Part shown: positions 31,139 through 41,151 of the stretch, in pieces
Position numbering within the stretch: position 1 is the first letter of the stretch
Layout: each line of letters starts with the position of its first letter
Assembly: GCF_003790525.1 (NCBI RefSeq)
Contig: NZ_CP033635.1
Strand: one strand, 5' to 3'
DNA length: 64,000 nucleotides
Origin: Escherichia coli
Lineage (GTDB): Bacteria; Pseudomonadota; Gammaproteobacteria; Enterobacterales; Enterobacteriaceae
Notes under the pieces: generated by a model
What the model was told of the DNA's origin: nothing
What the model saw: only the letters and a program-made list of their open reading frames with translations
Database searches by the model: none
Translations under genes and position numbers: made by a program

Positions 31139-32515
31139 TTAGCTGCACATTTCCAGCACCGAATCGAAAATCTCGGCCCCGGCGGAAATGACTTTCAGAT
31201 TAGCTTCATAAATTTGTTGATAGGTGATCAGGTTCACCGCTTCTTCGTCCATGCTGACGCCGCTGACGCTGCTCTGCTGGTTTTGCGCCTCAGAATAAAC
31301 ATTGGACGCGGCATCGACTTCCGTCTGGTTTTGCTGGCTGTAAATGCCGATGTTGCTGATGATCGACGAGCACGCCTGCCCGACCGTCACGCTGCCAAGG
31401 TTGGCTATCTCCAGCGGTTCGGTGGAGATGTTGATCAGCGCCTGAAGGTTGTCGCTGTTACCGCTTTCATCCGGCGAACTGGAGAACGCCAGCTCATCGG
31501 CGGTGATATCCGGGTTAACGGTCAGCGGGCCATCGGCGTTGCTGGCGTCATAAATAAACAGCGGCTCGCCGGGGTTACCGTTGAGATCGTAGCCCTGCGC
31601 CAGCTGGTTGTTGACCGCATCGGCAAACTGCAACGCCATGCTGTTGATGGTGTCGGTCAGCGGCGTCAGCACGTCGTTTTGATAATCAAACAGTGCGCCT
31701 AATGAACCGCCGGTGTCGGTAGTCATCGTCGAGGTGGTGCCAGCGAAAGTCAGCGACATGGTCGGCGTGCCATCGGCGTTGGTTTCCAGCGCGATGGTCG
31801 AGCTTTGCTGCCCGCTCACCAGCGGTTGACCGTTTTTCAGGGTGACGTTGTAGTTGCCCTGGTCGTCGATATTGACCTGCACATCCATCATCCCGCTCAG
31901 TTCTTCCACCATCTGATCGCGGGCGTCGTACAGCGCGGAGGCGTTATCGCCGTTGGCTTCGGCCTGGGCGATTTGCTGGTTATAGCTGGCGATGCCGCTG
32001 GTAAGCGTGTTGATTTGCGACACCATTGCCTGCTGCTGGCTGATGATTTCCGTGCTTTGCGAGTCGATGTAATCCAGCGTGTTGTCGATACGCAACGACA
32101 GCGCCCCGGCTTCGCTGATCACCTGTTCGCGCAGGGCGGAATCATCGGGGCTGGTGGTCGCTTCGTTGAGGGCGGCGAAGAAGTTATCGAAGCCGACGCT
32201 CAGGCTGCTGTTATCGTCGCTCAGTACCGCTTCCAGTTGCGTGAGATACCCCTGCTGGGTGCTGTAATAGCCGTAATCGCTGGCGGCATACCACACCTGA
32301 TTCACCTGATACTGGTTAGAGACGCGGCGAATGCTGTCGACCTGCACGCCGTTACCGGCGCTGTTCGGCGAACCACCGCTGGCGCCGATGGTGCTGATCT
32401 CCGCCACCTGACGGGTGTAGCCCGTGGTCATGGCGTTGGCGGTGTTTTGCGCCGTGACGTTCAGCTCTACCTGCGCGGTTGATGCGCCGCTGTAGCCGAT
32501 GTTAATCATGTCCAT
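31139..32515 (-). CDS. lfgK: Hook-associated protein 1 (FlgK homolog)
   Basis: 458 aa; N-terminus ...INIGYSGASTAQVELNVTAQNTANAMTTGY and C-terminus ...LITYQQIYEANLKVISAGAEIFDSVLE are FlgK-like. Confidence 0.9.
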   Translation of the reverse strand: MDMINIGYSGASTAQVELNVTAQNTANAMTTGYTRQVAEISTIGASGGSPNSAGNGVQVDSIRRVSNQYQVNQVWYAASDYGYYSTQQGYLTQLEAVLSDDNSSLSVGFDNFFAALNEATTSPDDSALREQVISEAGALSLRIDNTLDYIDSQSTEIISQQQAMVSQINTLTSGIASYNQQIAQAEANGDNASALYDARDQMVEELSGMMDVQVNIDDQGNYNVTLKNGQPLVSGQQSSTIALETNADGTPTMSLTFAGTTSTMTTDTGGSLGALFDYQNDVLTPLTDTINSMALQFADAVNNQLAQGYDLNGNPGEPLFIYDASNADGPLTVNPDITADELAFSSSPDESGNSDNLQALINISTEPLEIANLGSVTVGQACSSIISNIGIYSQQNQTEVDAASNVYSEAQNQQSSVSGVSMDEEAVNLITYQQIYEANLKVISAGAEIFDSVLEMCS

Positions 32516-32547
32516 GTTGGATCCTTACCGGTAAATCGTGCCGGTTA

Positions 32548-32575
32548 AAAGCGGCGTGAAGATGGGGAATCTTAA
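32548..32575 (-). promoter_or_regulatory. Candidate sigma-28-type (LafS-dependent) promoter upstream of lfgK
   Basis: Minus strand reads TTAAGATT-N12-GCCGCTTT about 30 nt upstream of the lfgK ATG. Confidence 0.3.
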
Positions 32576-32595
32576 GTTCCGTAAACCGGGTGCCA

Positions 32596-32920
<325 letters not shown>

Positions 32921-32935
32921 CCGAACGTCGGAGCC

Positions 32936-33235
32936 TCATTTATGCTTCGGCGACAACTGCTTCACAATCATCGCCGCAATCCCAATCCCGTGCTGCTGCG
33001 CCAGGGTGTTACACAACTCATCGTCATAAAACCCCTGCATCATGCGCACCGAATCGCTGTTAAACGGGTTATCTTTCGAATCAAACAACTCGTTGGTTTT
33101 ACGCATCTCTTTCAGCATGTTGCGTAAAAAAATCGCCTCAAACTGCTCCGCGGCCTGCTTAATATCATTGGCCTGAACCTTCGGCCCCATTAACGCATCG
33201 CTGCCATCAATCCCGCCGCTGGCGTTCACTTTCAT
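32936..33235 (-). CDS. lfgJ: Rod-binding protein (FlgJ N-terminal domain homolog)
   Basis: 99 aa with FlgJ rod-binding-like sequence; ATG overlaps the lfgI stop. Confidence 0.75.
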   Translation of the reverse strand: MKVNASGGIDGSDALMGPKVQANDIKQAAEQFEAIFLRNMLKEMRKTNELFDSKDNPFNSDSVRMMQGFYDDELCNTLAQQHGIGIAAMIVKQLSPKHK

Positions 33236-34335
33236 CAGATCACCTCCAGGTCGGCATCCAGCGCGCCCGCCTCATGCAGCGCCTGTAAAATCGACATAAT
33301 GTCGTCCGGCGTCGCGCCCAAACTGTTCAACGCATTGACCAGCGTTTTCAGGCTGCTCGACTCCGGCAAACTCACCACGCCCGGGCGCGCATGATTCACC
33401 GCGATATTGCTCTGCGGCGTTACCGCCGTGCGCCCGCCTGCAAAGGCATTCGGCTGGCTGACGTTGCTGGTTTCGTTAATCGAGACGGTCAAACTGCCGT
33501 GCGACACCGCCGCCGCATGCAGCGCAACGCCATCGCCCATCACCACCGTGCCGGTACGCGAGTTAAACACCACGCGGGCGCGGATTTTCTCTGCCTGCAC
33601 CTGTACATCATCCAGTTGCGACATAAATGCCACCCGCGCGCCGGGGCTGGTGGGCGCGCGCACGCTGACGTTGGTGGAGCTCTGCGCAGTAGCAATGCCG
33701 CCAAACGAGGCATTAATCGCCGCCGCAATATTGTTGGCATCTTTAAACGACGGACGTTTCAGGTTGAGGGTGATAGTGTCGCCCATCTGAAAATCGCTGG
33801 GGATCTCGCGCTCTACCGTTGCGCCGTTAGGAATTAACCCGGCGGTTGGCGTATTAACCGTTACGCTCGAACCGCTGGCCCCGGTGGCATTCATCCCGCC
33901 CACCACCACGCTGCCCTGCGCCAGGGCATACACTTCGCCATCCGCGCCGTGCAACTGGGTCAGCAACAAAGTGCCGCCACGAATACTTTTGGCATCGCCA
34001 ATCGACGAAACGGTGACATCAATGGTCTGCCCGCGCGAGTACATCGGCGGCAGCGTGGCGCTCACCGCCACCGCGGCGACGTTTTTCACCTTCGGGTCGA
34101 TTTTATTCGGCAGTTGCACGCCAAACTGGCGCAGCATATTGGTGATGGTCTGGTTGGTGAATTTGACCTGGTTTTTATCGCCCGTGCCGTCGAGGCCGAC
34201 CACCAGGCTGTAGCCGACCAGTTGGTTTTCACGCACGCCCTGTACGTTGACCAGCGATTCCAGCGATTGCGCCAGCGCCACGCCAGGTAGCGCCAGGCTC
34301 ACGGTGATTACTGCGGCCTTTATCCAGTTTTGCAT
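33235..34335 (-). CDS. lfgI: Flagellar P-ring protein (FlgI homolog)
   Basis: Signal peptide [22 protein letters not shown] then FlgI-like sequence; start at ATG 34335 with GGAGAG RBS. Confidence 0.9.
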   Translation of the reverse strand: MQNWIKAAVITVSLALPGVALAQSLESLVNVQGVRENQLVGYSLVVGLDGTGDKNQVKFTNQTITNMLRQFGVQLPNKIDPKVKNVAAVAVSATLPPMYSRGQTIDVTVSSIGDAKSIRGGTLLLTQLHGADGEVYALAQGSVVVGGMNATGASGSSVTVNTPTAGLIPNGATVEREIPSDFQMGDTITLNLKRPSFKDANNIAAAINASFGGIATAQSSTNVSVRAPTSPGARVAFMSQLDDVQVQAEKIRARVVFNSRTGTVVMGDGVALHAAAVSHGSLTVSINETSNVSQPNAFAGGRTAVTPQSNIAVNHARPGVVSLPESSSLKTLVNALNSLGATPDDIMSILQALHEAGALDADLEVI

Positions 34336-34349
34336 TGCACTCTCCGGCA

Positions 34350-35014
34350 TTAAATCGGGAACAGAGGATGGTTAAACAGCCGCGTCAACCAGCCTGCGGC
34401 GTTGGCGTCGCTTAACGCGCCGCGTCCGGCATAGGAGATGCGGGCATCGGCGATCCGCTGGGAGGAAACCGAGTTGTCGTTCTGGATGTCGTCGGCGCGC
34501 ACCAGGCCGCTTAAGCGGATGTACTCATCGCCCTGGTTGAGGGTCAGCCATTTTTCGCCGCGAATTTCCAGGATGCCGTTAGGCTGCACCGCATGGACGG
34601 AAACGGTGATCTCCCCGCGCAGGCTGTTCTGCTGCTGGGAAGTGGCACTGCCGTCAAAGTCGCGGTTGGCGTCGATAGAGCCGGAAAGCTTATCTTTGGT
34701 GTGTCCAAAAATCGTTGGCGCGCCGATATCGACGGTGTTGCTTTTGCCGAAGTTGGTTTTCGCCTGTTTGCTCGACTGGGTGGATTCTTCGAGGATCACC
34801 GTCAGGATATCGCCCACGCGGTAAGCCCGCCGGTCGGCAGTTAGCGACCAGTTGTAGCCGGTTTCAAACACGCCCCCGGCACGCCCGTCTGCCGGAGGCG
34901 GCGCTTCGGTGGTTGGTGGCGCAAAGTATGCGTCGTCTTTTTTGACCAGAATGGCCTGCGATTCACACCCGCTAAGCAGGGGAAGCAGCGCCACCAGCCA
35001 GAGATAATTTTTCA
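34350..35014 (-). CDS. lfgH: Flagellar L-ring lipoprotein (FlgH homolog)
   Basis: Lipoprotein signal (LLPLLSGC) and FlgH-like body. Start placed at GTG 35014; the longer ORF-track start translates the upstream REP element. Confidence 0.8.
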
Positions 35015-35052
35015 CGTTCTGCCTGTTTAAATACAGTGAGTTATGTGCTCTT

Positions 35053-35090
35053 GTAGGTCGGATAAGACGTGTCAGCGTCGCATCCGACAT
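35053..35090. repeat. REP element
   Basis: GTAGGTCGGATAAGACGTGTCAGCGTCGCATCCGACAT. Confidence 0.5.
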
Positions 35091-35097
35091 TTCGGCC

Positions 35098-35883
35098 TTA
35101 CAGCGTCTGACTGATGTACTGCAACATATCGTCCGCAGCCGACACCATTTTGGCGTTCATCTCGTACGCCCGTTGCACCGTAATCATCGCCACCATCTCG
35201 TTGACGATATCCACGTTCGAGCCTTCGAGCGCGTTGTCCTGCAAGGTGCCAAGCCCATCTTCGCCCGGTACGCCTTCGGTCGGCTGACCGCTGGCAGCGG
35301 TTTCCAGATACAGGTTGTCGCCCTCGGCGGAAAGCCCCGCCGGGTTAGCGAAGTTCACCAGTGTCAGTTGCCCTAACTCGGTCACATCGCTGTCGCCGGG
35401 TAAGATCGCCGTCACCGTGCCGTCCTCACCAAACGCAACGTTAGTCGCCCCCGCCGGAACGTCGATTTCCGGTTGTAACGGCAAACCCTGCGAGTTAGTC
35501 AACACGCCGTCGGCGTTCACCTGCAAGTTGCCATCGCGGGTATAGGCGATATCGCCGTTAGCCTTTTGCACCTGCAAAAATCCCTGTCCCATAATGGCGA
35601 CATTCATGGCGTTGTCGGTGGTCTCAACGTTGCCTTCGGTGAAGGTTTTCTGGGTACCGACAATGCGTACGCCGCTCCCGAATTGCAGCCCGGTCGGCAT
35701 GATGTTGTTCTGGTCGAGCATCGCGCCCGGCGCTTCCTGGGTCTGGTAGAACAGATCCTGAAACATCACCCGATCGCGCTTGAAGCCGGTGGTGTTAACG
35801 TTGGCGATGTTGTTGGCAATCGCGCTCATTTCAGCATCCTGCGCCGAGAGGCCGGTTTTGCTGATCCATAGTGCTGCGTTCAT
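35098..35883 (-). CDS. lfgG: Flagellar distal rod protein (FlgG homolog)
   Basis: 261 aa; N-terminus MNAALWISKTGLSAQDAEMSAIANNIANVNTTGFKRDR and C-terminus ...ITVQRAYEMNAKMVSAADDMLQ are FlgG-like. Confidence 0.9.
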   Translation of the reverse strand: MNAALWISKTGLSAQDAEMSAIANNIANVNTTGFKRDRVMFQDLFYQTQEAPGAMLDQNNIMPTGLQFGSGVRIVGTQKTFTEGNVETTDNAMNVAIMGQGFLQVQKANGDIAYTRDGNLQVNADGVLTNSQGLPLQPEIDVPAGATNVAFGEDGTVTAILPGDSDVTELGQLTLVNFANPAGLSAEGDNLYLETAASGQPTEGVPGEDGLGTLQDNALEGSNVDIVNEMVAMITVQRAYEMNAKMVSAADDMLQYISQTL

Positions 35884-35915
35884 GGTGGTAAATTCCGTGT
35901 TATTTTTGGGCCGCA

Positions 35916-35952
35916 GTTGCCGGATGCGGCGTGAACGCCTTATCCGGCCTAC
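35916..35952. repeat. REP element
   Basis: GTTGCCGGATGCGGCGTGAACGCCTTATCCGGCCTAC. Confidence 0.6.
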
Positions 35953-35961
35953 GATGTGCGG

Positions 35962-36699
35962 TTACGAGCCGCGCAATAAGCGGTTGCCCGCGTCGCTGAT
36001 ATCTTCGGCTGTTTTCATCATCTTGATCTGCGCTTCAAACTGGCGGTTCATGGCGATGGACGACATCATTTCGCTCACCGCCGAGACGTTGCTGCCTTCG
36101 AGAAAACCGCCGCTGACTTTGATGTTTTCATCGCGCTGGGCCGGAATGCCGTCGCTAGTCACCAGCATCCCTTCAGGATTTTTCGCCAGGTTAGCGACCG
36201 GGATATCCACCAGCTTCAGGCGGTCGATATCCATCGTGGCGGTCACGTCGCCGTCATCAGGCGTCACCGACAGCGTGCCGTCGCTGCCAAACGAGGCAAT
36301 GGCGTTCGGCGGCAGAATGATCGGGCCGTTATCCCCCAGCACCAGATTGCCGTCGATGGTCAGTTGCCCCTGATCGTCCTGCTGAATGTTGCCGTTGCGG
36401 GTATAGACTTCGTTGCCGTTTTTATCCTGCACCGCAATGTAACCCGCGCCCTGAATCGCCACGTCCAGCGGGCGTTCGGTTTTCTCCGCCACACCCGTGC
36501 TGTCGTTCACGCCGCTGGCCCCTTCCTGCGCCATATAGCGAGTGTCGAAGCCGCCGCCTTTCACCTTGTCATTGGTCGCCATTGCCATATCGGCGCGAAA
36601 ACCGTTGGTGTTGACGTTCGCCAGGTTGTTGGCGCTAATCTGCTGCTCATACAACGTCTGAGAAGCCCCGCTCAGGGCGGTATAAATCAAGCGATCCAT
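35962..36699 (-). CDS. lfgF: Flagellar proximal rod protein (FlgF homolog)
   Basis: 245 aa with rod-family N-terminus (…ANNLANVNTNGFRAD) and C-terminus. Confidence 0.9.
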   Translation of the reverse strand: MDRLIYTALSGASQTLYEQQISANNLANVNTNGFRADMAMATNDKVKGGGFDTRYMAQEGASGVNDSTGVAEKTERPLDVAIQGAGYIAVQDKNGNEVYTRNGNIQQDDQGQLTIDGNLVLGDNGPIILPPNAIASFGSDGTLSVTPDDGDVTATMDIDRLKLVDIPVANLAKNPEGMLVTSDGIPAQRDENIKVSGGFLEGSNVSAVSEMMSSIAMNRQFEAQIKMMKTAEDISDAGNRLLRGS

Positions 36700-37901
36700 T
36701 ACATTGCCCGGAACAGCGCGTCATCGAGCTGCGTGCTGGTGGCGATCACTTTGGTGTTGGCCTGATAGTTACGCTGGGCGGTCATCAGGTTGACTAACTC
36801 GCTGGTGATATCGACGTTAGAGCTTTCGAGCACGCCCGACGACAGCGTGCCGCAGGAACCGGAGCCGGGAACGCCAATCAGCGGCGTGCCGGATTCCCCA
36901 GTTTGTACCCACGCGGTGCCGCTCACCGCTTCGAGTCCGTTTTCATTCGGGAAAGTCGCCAGCACCACCTGGCCCTGCAACATGCGCTCGCCGTTGCTGT
37001 AGGTAGCGTAAACTTTGCCATCGTCATCGACCTGCACACCGTTTTGCGTAGCGGAGGCGTAGCCGTTGGCGGCGTTGGTGGTGACCGAAAATTCAGAGCC
37101 GTATTGCGTACAGGTGGAGTAATCGACGGTTAAGTCGATGGGTGCGGCGGCGTCGGTCTGAAACTCAATGGTCTGCGGCGTGGTTGGCGAAGTCAGCTTC
37201 CCGGTGTTCGGGTCGAAGGTTAACGTCGTCGCCGGAACGCCGGTCTGCTGCTGACCGTCGAAGGTGTACTGCACTTCCCAGGTGTTGTCGCTGGTTTTGG
37301 TGAAGTACTGGCATACCGAGTGTTCGTTACCTAATGAGTCGTACACCGTGGTGGTGTAGCTGTCGGTATACGAGCTGCTGTTGGTCGCGTCGAACGGTAC
37401 GGTAGTGCGGTCGATAGCGTCGTCGCTGGCATCGAAGTTGGCGGTAAAGGTCAGGCTGCTGCTGGCCTGCGCCGGAATATTGCCAGTTTTGATCTGGATA
37501 TCGGTGACTGTACCGGTTTGCAGAGTGCCCGTGTCATCGACCGGATAGCCCTGCAAATAAGCGCCTGAGGCGTTGACGATATAGCCGTTTTTGTCGGTTT
37601 CAAACGATCCGGCGCGGGTATAAGAAATGTTGCCCGCGCTGTCGCAGGTAACAAAAAAACCGTCGTCGTTAATCGCCAGATCCAGCGCGTTACCGGTGGA
37701 TACCAGCGAACCGCCGCGCGAAATACTTTGCGCGGTGCCTGCCACGCTGACGCCCATCGCCTGACTTCCGGCATACATGGCTGAAAACTGGGTGGTCATC
37801 GACTTATAGCCTACCGTTCCGGCGTTGGCGATGTTGTTACTGATCCCGTCCAGCTGTTCGTTAACGGCATTCAGCCCCGTTGCGGCAATTTCATAACTCA
37901 T
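36699..37901 (-). CDS. lfgE: Flagellar hook protein (FlgE homolog)
   Basis: 400 aa with FlgE-like termini (N ...ISNNIANAGTVGYK; C ...LVNLMTAQRNYQANTKVI). Confidence 0.9.
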   Translation of the reverse strand: MSYEIAATGLNAVNEQLDGISNNIANAGTVGYKSMTTQFSAMYAGSQAMGVSVAGTAQSISRGGSLVSTGNALDLAINDDGFFVTCDSAGNISYTRAGSFETDKNGYIVNASGAYLQGYPVDDTGTLQTGTVTDIQIKTGNIPAQASSSLTFTANFDASDDAIDRTTVPFDATNSSSYTDSYTTTVYDSLGNEHSVCQYFTKTSDNTWEVQYTFDGQQQTGVPATTLTFDPNTGKLTSPTTPQTIEFQTDAAAPIDLTVDYSTCTQYGSEFSVTTNAANGYASATQNGVQVDDDGKVYATYSNGERMLQGQVVLATFPNENGLEAVSGTAWVQTGESGTPLIGVPGSGSCGTLSSGVLESSNVDITSELVNLMTAQRNYQANTKVIATSTQLDDALFRAM

Positions 37902-37923
37902 TGTTTCTTCCTGTTAATTGTTC

Positions 37924-38637
37924 TTACGCCACATCACTGTCGGCATCGGGTACGCCAAACTGGCTAATCATGGTGAACGGCACTTCACCTACACCGGCAA
38001 CGTTAAGTACCGGGGAGCTGCCGTCGAGCGGGATGCGCACATCTTCCACTTCGCCGGAGACTTCAATCGGCACCTCTTCTTCCCCGGTGTTGGTCACCAC
38101 CGAGACGTCGTAATCGCCCGGCGGGATACCGTAATCCGCGGGATTCACCGAGAAATCCACCTGGCCTGGCCCGACGGACGAACTCCCTTCCGGGATCAGC
38201 GACACCGTATAGTCATCGCCTGCGGCATCGGTAAAGTGGAGATCGGCGGTGGTACAGGCGTCGTCAAGCGTGGCGCGACCGTTAATGGTCTGGTCACTCA
38301 CCTGCAAGGCGGTGGTCTGCACCATAATGTCGTCGCCCACCAGGTTGCCGAGCGCCATCACCTGAATGTTGCTCATCAACACCGCGTTGGTATTCGCCTG
38401 CACGCTCATCTCTTCCATCATCGCCACCTGCGCCATTGACGAAAGCTGGTCGATATATTCGGTGGCGTCAGTCGGGTCGGTCGGGTCCTGGTTTTGGATC
38501 TCAGCGACAAACAGCGTCAGGAAGGTATCGACGGGCGAGCTATCGCTGCTGCTTGTCGTGTCGCTGGCCGCCACATTATTGCTTTCCGGCGTGGCGGTCG
38601 GCTGCGGTGATTGCGCATTCAGCGCCAGGGTATTCAT
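37924..38637 (-). CDS. lfgD: Hook-capping/assembly protein (FlgD homolog)
   Basis: 237 aa with FlgD-like N-terminal region (…DTFLTLFVAEIQNQDP…); position between flgC and flgE homologs. Confidence 0.85.
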   Translation of the reverse strand: MNTLALNAQSPQPTATPESNNVAASDTTSSSDSSPVDTFLTLFVAEIQNQDPTDPTDATEYIDQLSSMAQVAMMEEMSVQANTNAVLMSNIQVMALGNLVGDDIMVQTTALQVSDQTINGRATLDDACTTADLHFTDAAGDDYTVSLIPEGSSSVGPGQVDFSVNPADYGIPPGDYDVSVVTNTGEEEVPIEVSGEVEDVRIPLDGSSPVLNVAGVGEVPFTMISQFGVPDADSDVA

Positions 38638-39068
38638 CAGGCTTCTCCCAGTTTCAGCAGGCTTTGCTGCATACTTTTCACGTTGTTGAGCACATCGACG
38701 TTAGTTTCAAAATCGCGCGAGGCCGACATCATGTCCGCCATCTGTTCCACCACGTTGACGTCGGGATACCAGACATCCCCGTTAGCATCGGCGAGCGGCG
38801 AATGTGGTTCATAGCGTTTCACCGCCCCGCCGGTTTGCAGCACGTCCTGCACCTGCACACTGGCACCGTCAATGGCATGACGATGTGTACCCGCCAGCAA
38901 ACTGTGGTGATACACCGCCGCAAACACCGGGCTGCGCGCTTTATATGCCTGCGCCTCGCTGCTGGCGGGCGCATTAGCATTCGCCAGGTTACTGGCGACG
39001 GTATTCAGACGTAGCGTTTGCGCCGTCATCGCCGAGCCGGAAATCTGATAGATATCAGTAAATGACAT
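38637..39068 (-). CDS. lfgC: Flagellar proximal rod protein (FlgC homolog)
   Basis: 143-aa translation MSFTDIYQISGSAMTAQTLRLNTVASNLANANA... is FlgC-like. Confidence 0.9.
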   Translation of the reverse strand: MSFTDIYQISGSAMTAQTLRLNTVASNLANANAPASSEAQAYKARSPVFAAVYHHSLLAGTHRHAIDGASVQVQDVLQTGGAVKRYEPHSPLADANGDVWYPDVNVVEQMADMMSASRDFETNVDVLNNVKSMQQSLLKLGEA

Positions 39069-39070
39069 GC

Positions 39071-39406
39071 TTATTTCCCTTCAATGGCCTCTCTGATGCC
39101 GCTGATTTGCAGATTCAGAAAGGTCAGACTGCTTTGATAATCCATACTATTTTGTGAAAACCGCGCCTGCTCGCTGTTCAGCTCCACGGTGTTGCCATCT
39201 TCCGACGGCTGCATCGGCACGCGGTACTGGACATCCACCGCCGCGTTATTTGCCCGTTGCATCTCCCTGGCAAAATCAATATCTTTAGCCTTGAAATTTG
39301 GCGTATCGACGTTCGCCAGATTCGCAGTCAGTAGCTCGGTCCTCTCAAGACGTAACTTCACTGCCTGCGGATGCACTCCCAATGCCTGTTGAAAACTGAT
39401 CCCCAT
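39071..39406 (-). CDS. lfgB: Flagellar proximal rod protein (FlgB homolog)
   Basis: Start placed at ATG 39406 (MGISFQQALGVHPQAVKLRLERTELLTANLANVDTPNFKAKDIDF...), which aligns with the FlgB N-terminus and lies downstream of the predicted sigma-54 start site. Confidence 0.8.
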   Translation of the reverse strand: MGISFQQALGVHPQAVKLRLERTELLTANLANVDTPNFKAKDIDFAREMQRANNAAVDVQYRVPMQPSEDGNTVELNSEQARFSQNSMDYQSSLTFLNLQISGIREAIEGK

Positions 39407-39442
39407 TTCTTGCGTCACTCCCGCTTCAATCCGCATACGCTA

Positions 39443-39458
39443 AGCAATCGCTGTGCCA
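39443..39458 (-). promoter_or_regulatory. Sigma-54 (-24/-12) promoter of the lfgB operon
   Basis: Minus strand reads TTGGCACagcgaTTGCT, an exact fit to TGGCAC-N5-TTGC; predicted start ~26 nt upstream of the lfgB ATG. Confidence 0.55.
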
Positions 39459-39487
39459 ATTTTTAAGTGACTGATGAGAAAGGGTTT

Positions 39488-40225
39488 ATGAGTTTTCAAT
39501 TTTGCAGGCGGAAGTTTTATTTCCTCCTGGCGCTGGCCTTACCGGGCTACGCCGCCGTCCATCCCGTGCAACATAGCGCGCGGGAACAAATCAACGCCCA
39601 GGTACTGAATACCGCGAGCCAAAAAATTGAATCGCTGGCGCAGCAGCGGCAATGGCATGACTATCGCTACACCTTTAAGGTCTATATTCCGTCGCAGATT
39701 GCGACCGCCGCGCCCTGTACAACGTCACCCGGCGTCACGCTGACGTCGCCTGCGGAAATCGCCCTTAACCGGATGAACTTCACCGTCAGTTGCCCGCAAA
39801 GCTGGCAGATGAACGTCGCGGTGCGCCCGGATGTTCTGGTACCGGTGGTGATGGCAAAGTCACTGGTTGCCCGCGATACGCCGCTCACGGCAAATGATGT
39901 GGAGCTGAAGCCCTACAACGTCAGCGCCCAGCGTCGCGATGTGTTGATGGAGCTCGATGACGCAATTGGTTTAAGCAGTAAGCACGCGTTGCAACCGGGC
40001 AGACCAATCACCAAAGAAGAGCTGGTTTCGCCAGTGCTGGTCGAACGCGATCAGCCGGTGATGATTGTTTACCAGAGCGCGGGGATCACCGCCTCGATGC
40101 CCGGCGTGGCGCTGAAAAATGGTCGCAAAGGGGAAATGGTGAAAGTACGTAACGTCAGCAGCCAGCGGGTCATTAGCGCGAGGGTGGCGGAAAGCGGCGT
40201 GGTGACAACGGTAAGCGCGGAGTAA
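39488..40225 (+). CDS. lfgA: Flagellar P-ring assembly chaperone (FlgA homolog)
   Basis: Translation from MSFQFCRRKFYFLLALALPGYAAVHP... has a signal peptide and a FlgA-like C-terminal domain; divergent from lfgB. Confidence 0.8.
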   Translation: MSFQFCRRKFYFLLALALPGYAAVHPVQHSAREQINAQVLNTASQKIESLAQQRQWHDYRYTFKVYIPSQIATAAPCTTSPGVTLTSPAEIALNRMNFTVSCPQSWQMNVAVRPDVLVPVVMAKSLVARDTPLTANDVELKPYNVSAQRRDVLMELDDAIGLSSKHALQPGRPITKEELVSPVLVERDQPVMIVYQSAGITASMPGVALKNGRKGEMVKVRNVSSQRVISARVAESGVVTTVSAE

Positions 40226-40239
40226 TTTGCGCAGGCGAT

Positions 40240-40267
40240 TAAAGTTTTGCCGCCTGTTAACCGCTTT
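40240..40267 (+). promoter_or_regulatory. Candidate sigma-28-type promoter upstream of lfgM
   Basis: TAAAGTTT (exact sigma-28 -35 consensus) then N12 then ACCGCTTT, about 40 nt upstream of lfgM; the -10 half matches the lfgK candidate, not the classical GCCGATAA. Confidence 0.3.
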
Positions 40268-40304
40268 ACCGGAGTAACCCACCCAATACCGAGACGAGGT
40301 TACG

Positions 40305-40583
40305 ATGAAAATCACCCCGACGATGCCAGGCAATCGCCCGACAGCCACAATGGCAGGCTCCAGTCAGCCGCGCAAAAGCACGGCGACCACCGCCACGACG
40401 CTGAGCGCCGACGACATTACCCAGGCGGGATTGCAGTCTGCCCAGCAAACGCTGAACGACCAGCAAGAGAGCGATATCGACAGCGACAAAGTGGCGCAAA
40501 TGCAAGCGATGCTGGCGTCCGGCAGCCTGCAAGTGGACACCGAACAGTTAGCCAGCGACATGCTGAGTTTTTTCCAGAACTAA
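40305..40583 (+). CDS. lfgM: Anti-sigma-28 factor (FlgM homolog)
   Basis: 92-aa acidic, Gln/Ser-rich protein with a FlgM-like C-terminal helical region. Confidence 0.8.
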   Translation: MKITPTMPGNRPTATMAGSSQPRKSTATTATTLSADDITQAGLQSAQQTLNDQQESDIDSDKVAQMQAMLASGSLQVDTEQLASDMLSFFQN

Positions 40584-40595
40584 GAGGCCGATGAA

Positions 40596-41024
40596 GTGAG
40601 TATCCGGTTACAACAGGTGAAGGCGTTGTTGCAGGGCATTCGTGACGACGACGCACTGTACGATTCCCTGCGCGAACTTCTCCAGCGTCAGCGGATGTGC
40701 ATGATTCGCCGCGCCAGCGAAGATCTGCTGGCGGTAAACGACGAGATAACGCAGCACTATGAGCAGTTGCATGGGCATAGCCATCAGCGGCACAGCCTGC
40801 TGAAAATGCTTAATGTCAGTGTAAATCGTGACGGTCTGGCGCAGGTTTTTGCCTGGCTTCCGGCTGTGCAAAAAGCAGCAGCACAACAGTTGTGGCAACG
40901 CCTTGAGCAAAAAGCGGAACGCTGCAAAGCCTACAACGACAAAAACGGCGAGCTGTTGATTCGCCAGTATGAATTTATTCAGTCTTTTTTAGGCGGCGAA
41001 ACAGATTTTCTGTACCAGGAATAA
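40596..41024 (+). CDS. lfgN: Flagellar export chaperone (FlgN-like)
   Basis: 142-aa helical protein after lfgM, GTG start with AGAGG RBS. Confidence 0.7.
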   Translation: MSIRLQQVKALLQGIRDDDALYDSLRELLQRQRMCMIRRASEDLLAVNDEITQHYEQLHGHSHQRHSLLKMLNVSVNRDGLAQVFAWLPAVQKAAAQQLWQRLEQKAERCKAYNDKNGELLIRQYEFIQSFLGGETDFLYQE

Positions 41025-41151
41025 CGACAATTCCTTCCCCCATCGCGGAAACGGATTTTCCGCCTGATTCTCAATCCCTTGTTTTTGATTACAAAAATTC
41101 CCGGCACGCTTATTGCACATTCCGCAAAGTAATAAAGACTGGAAGCCACCT

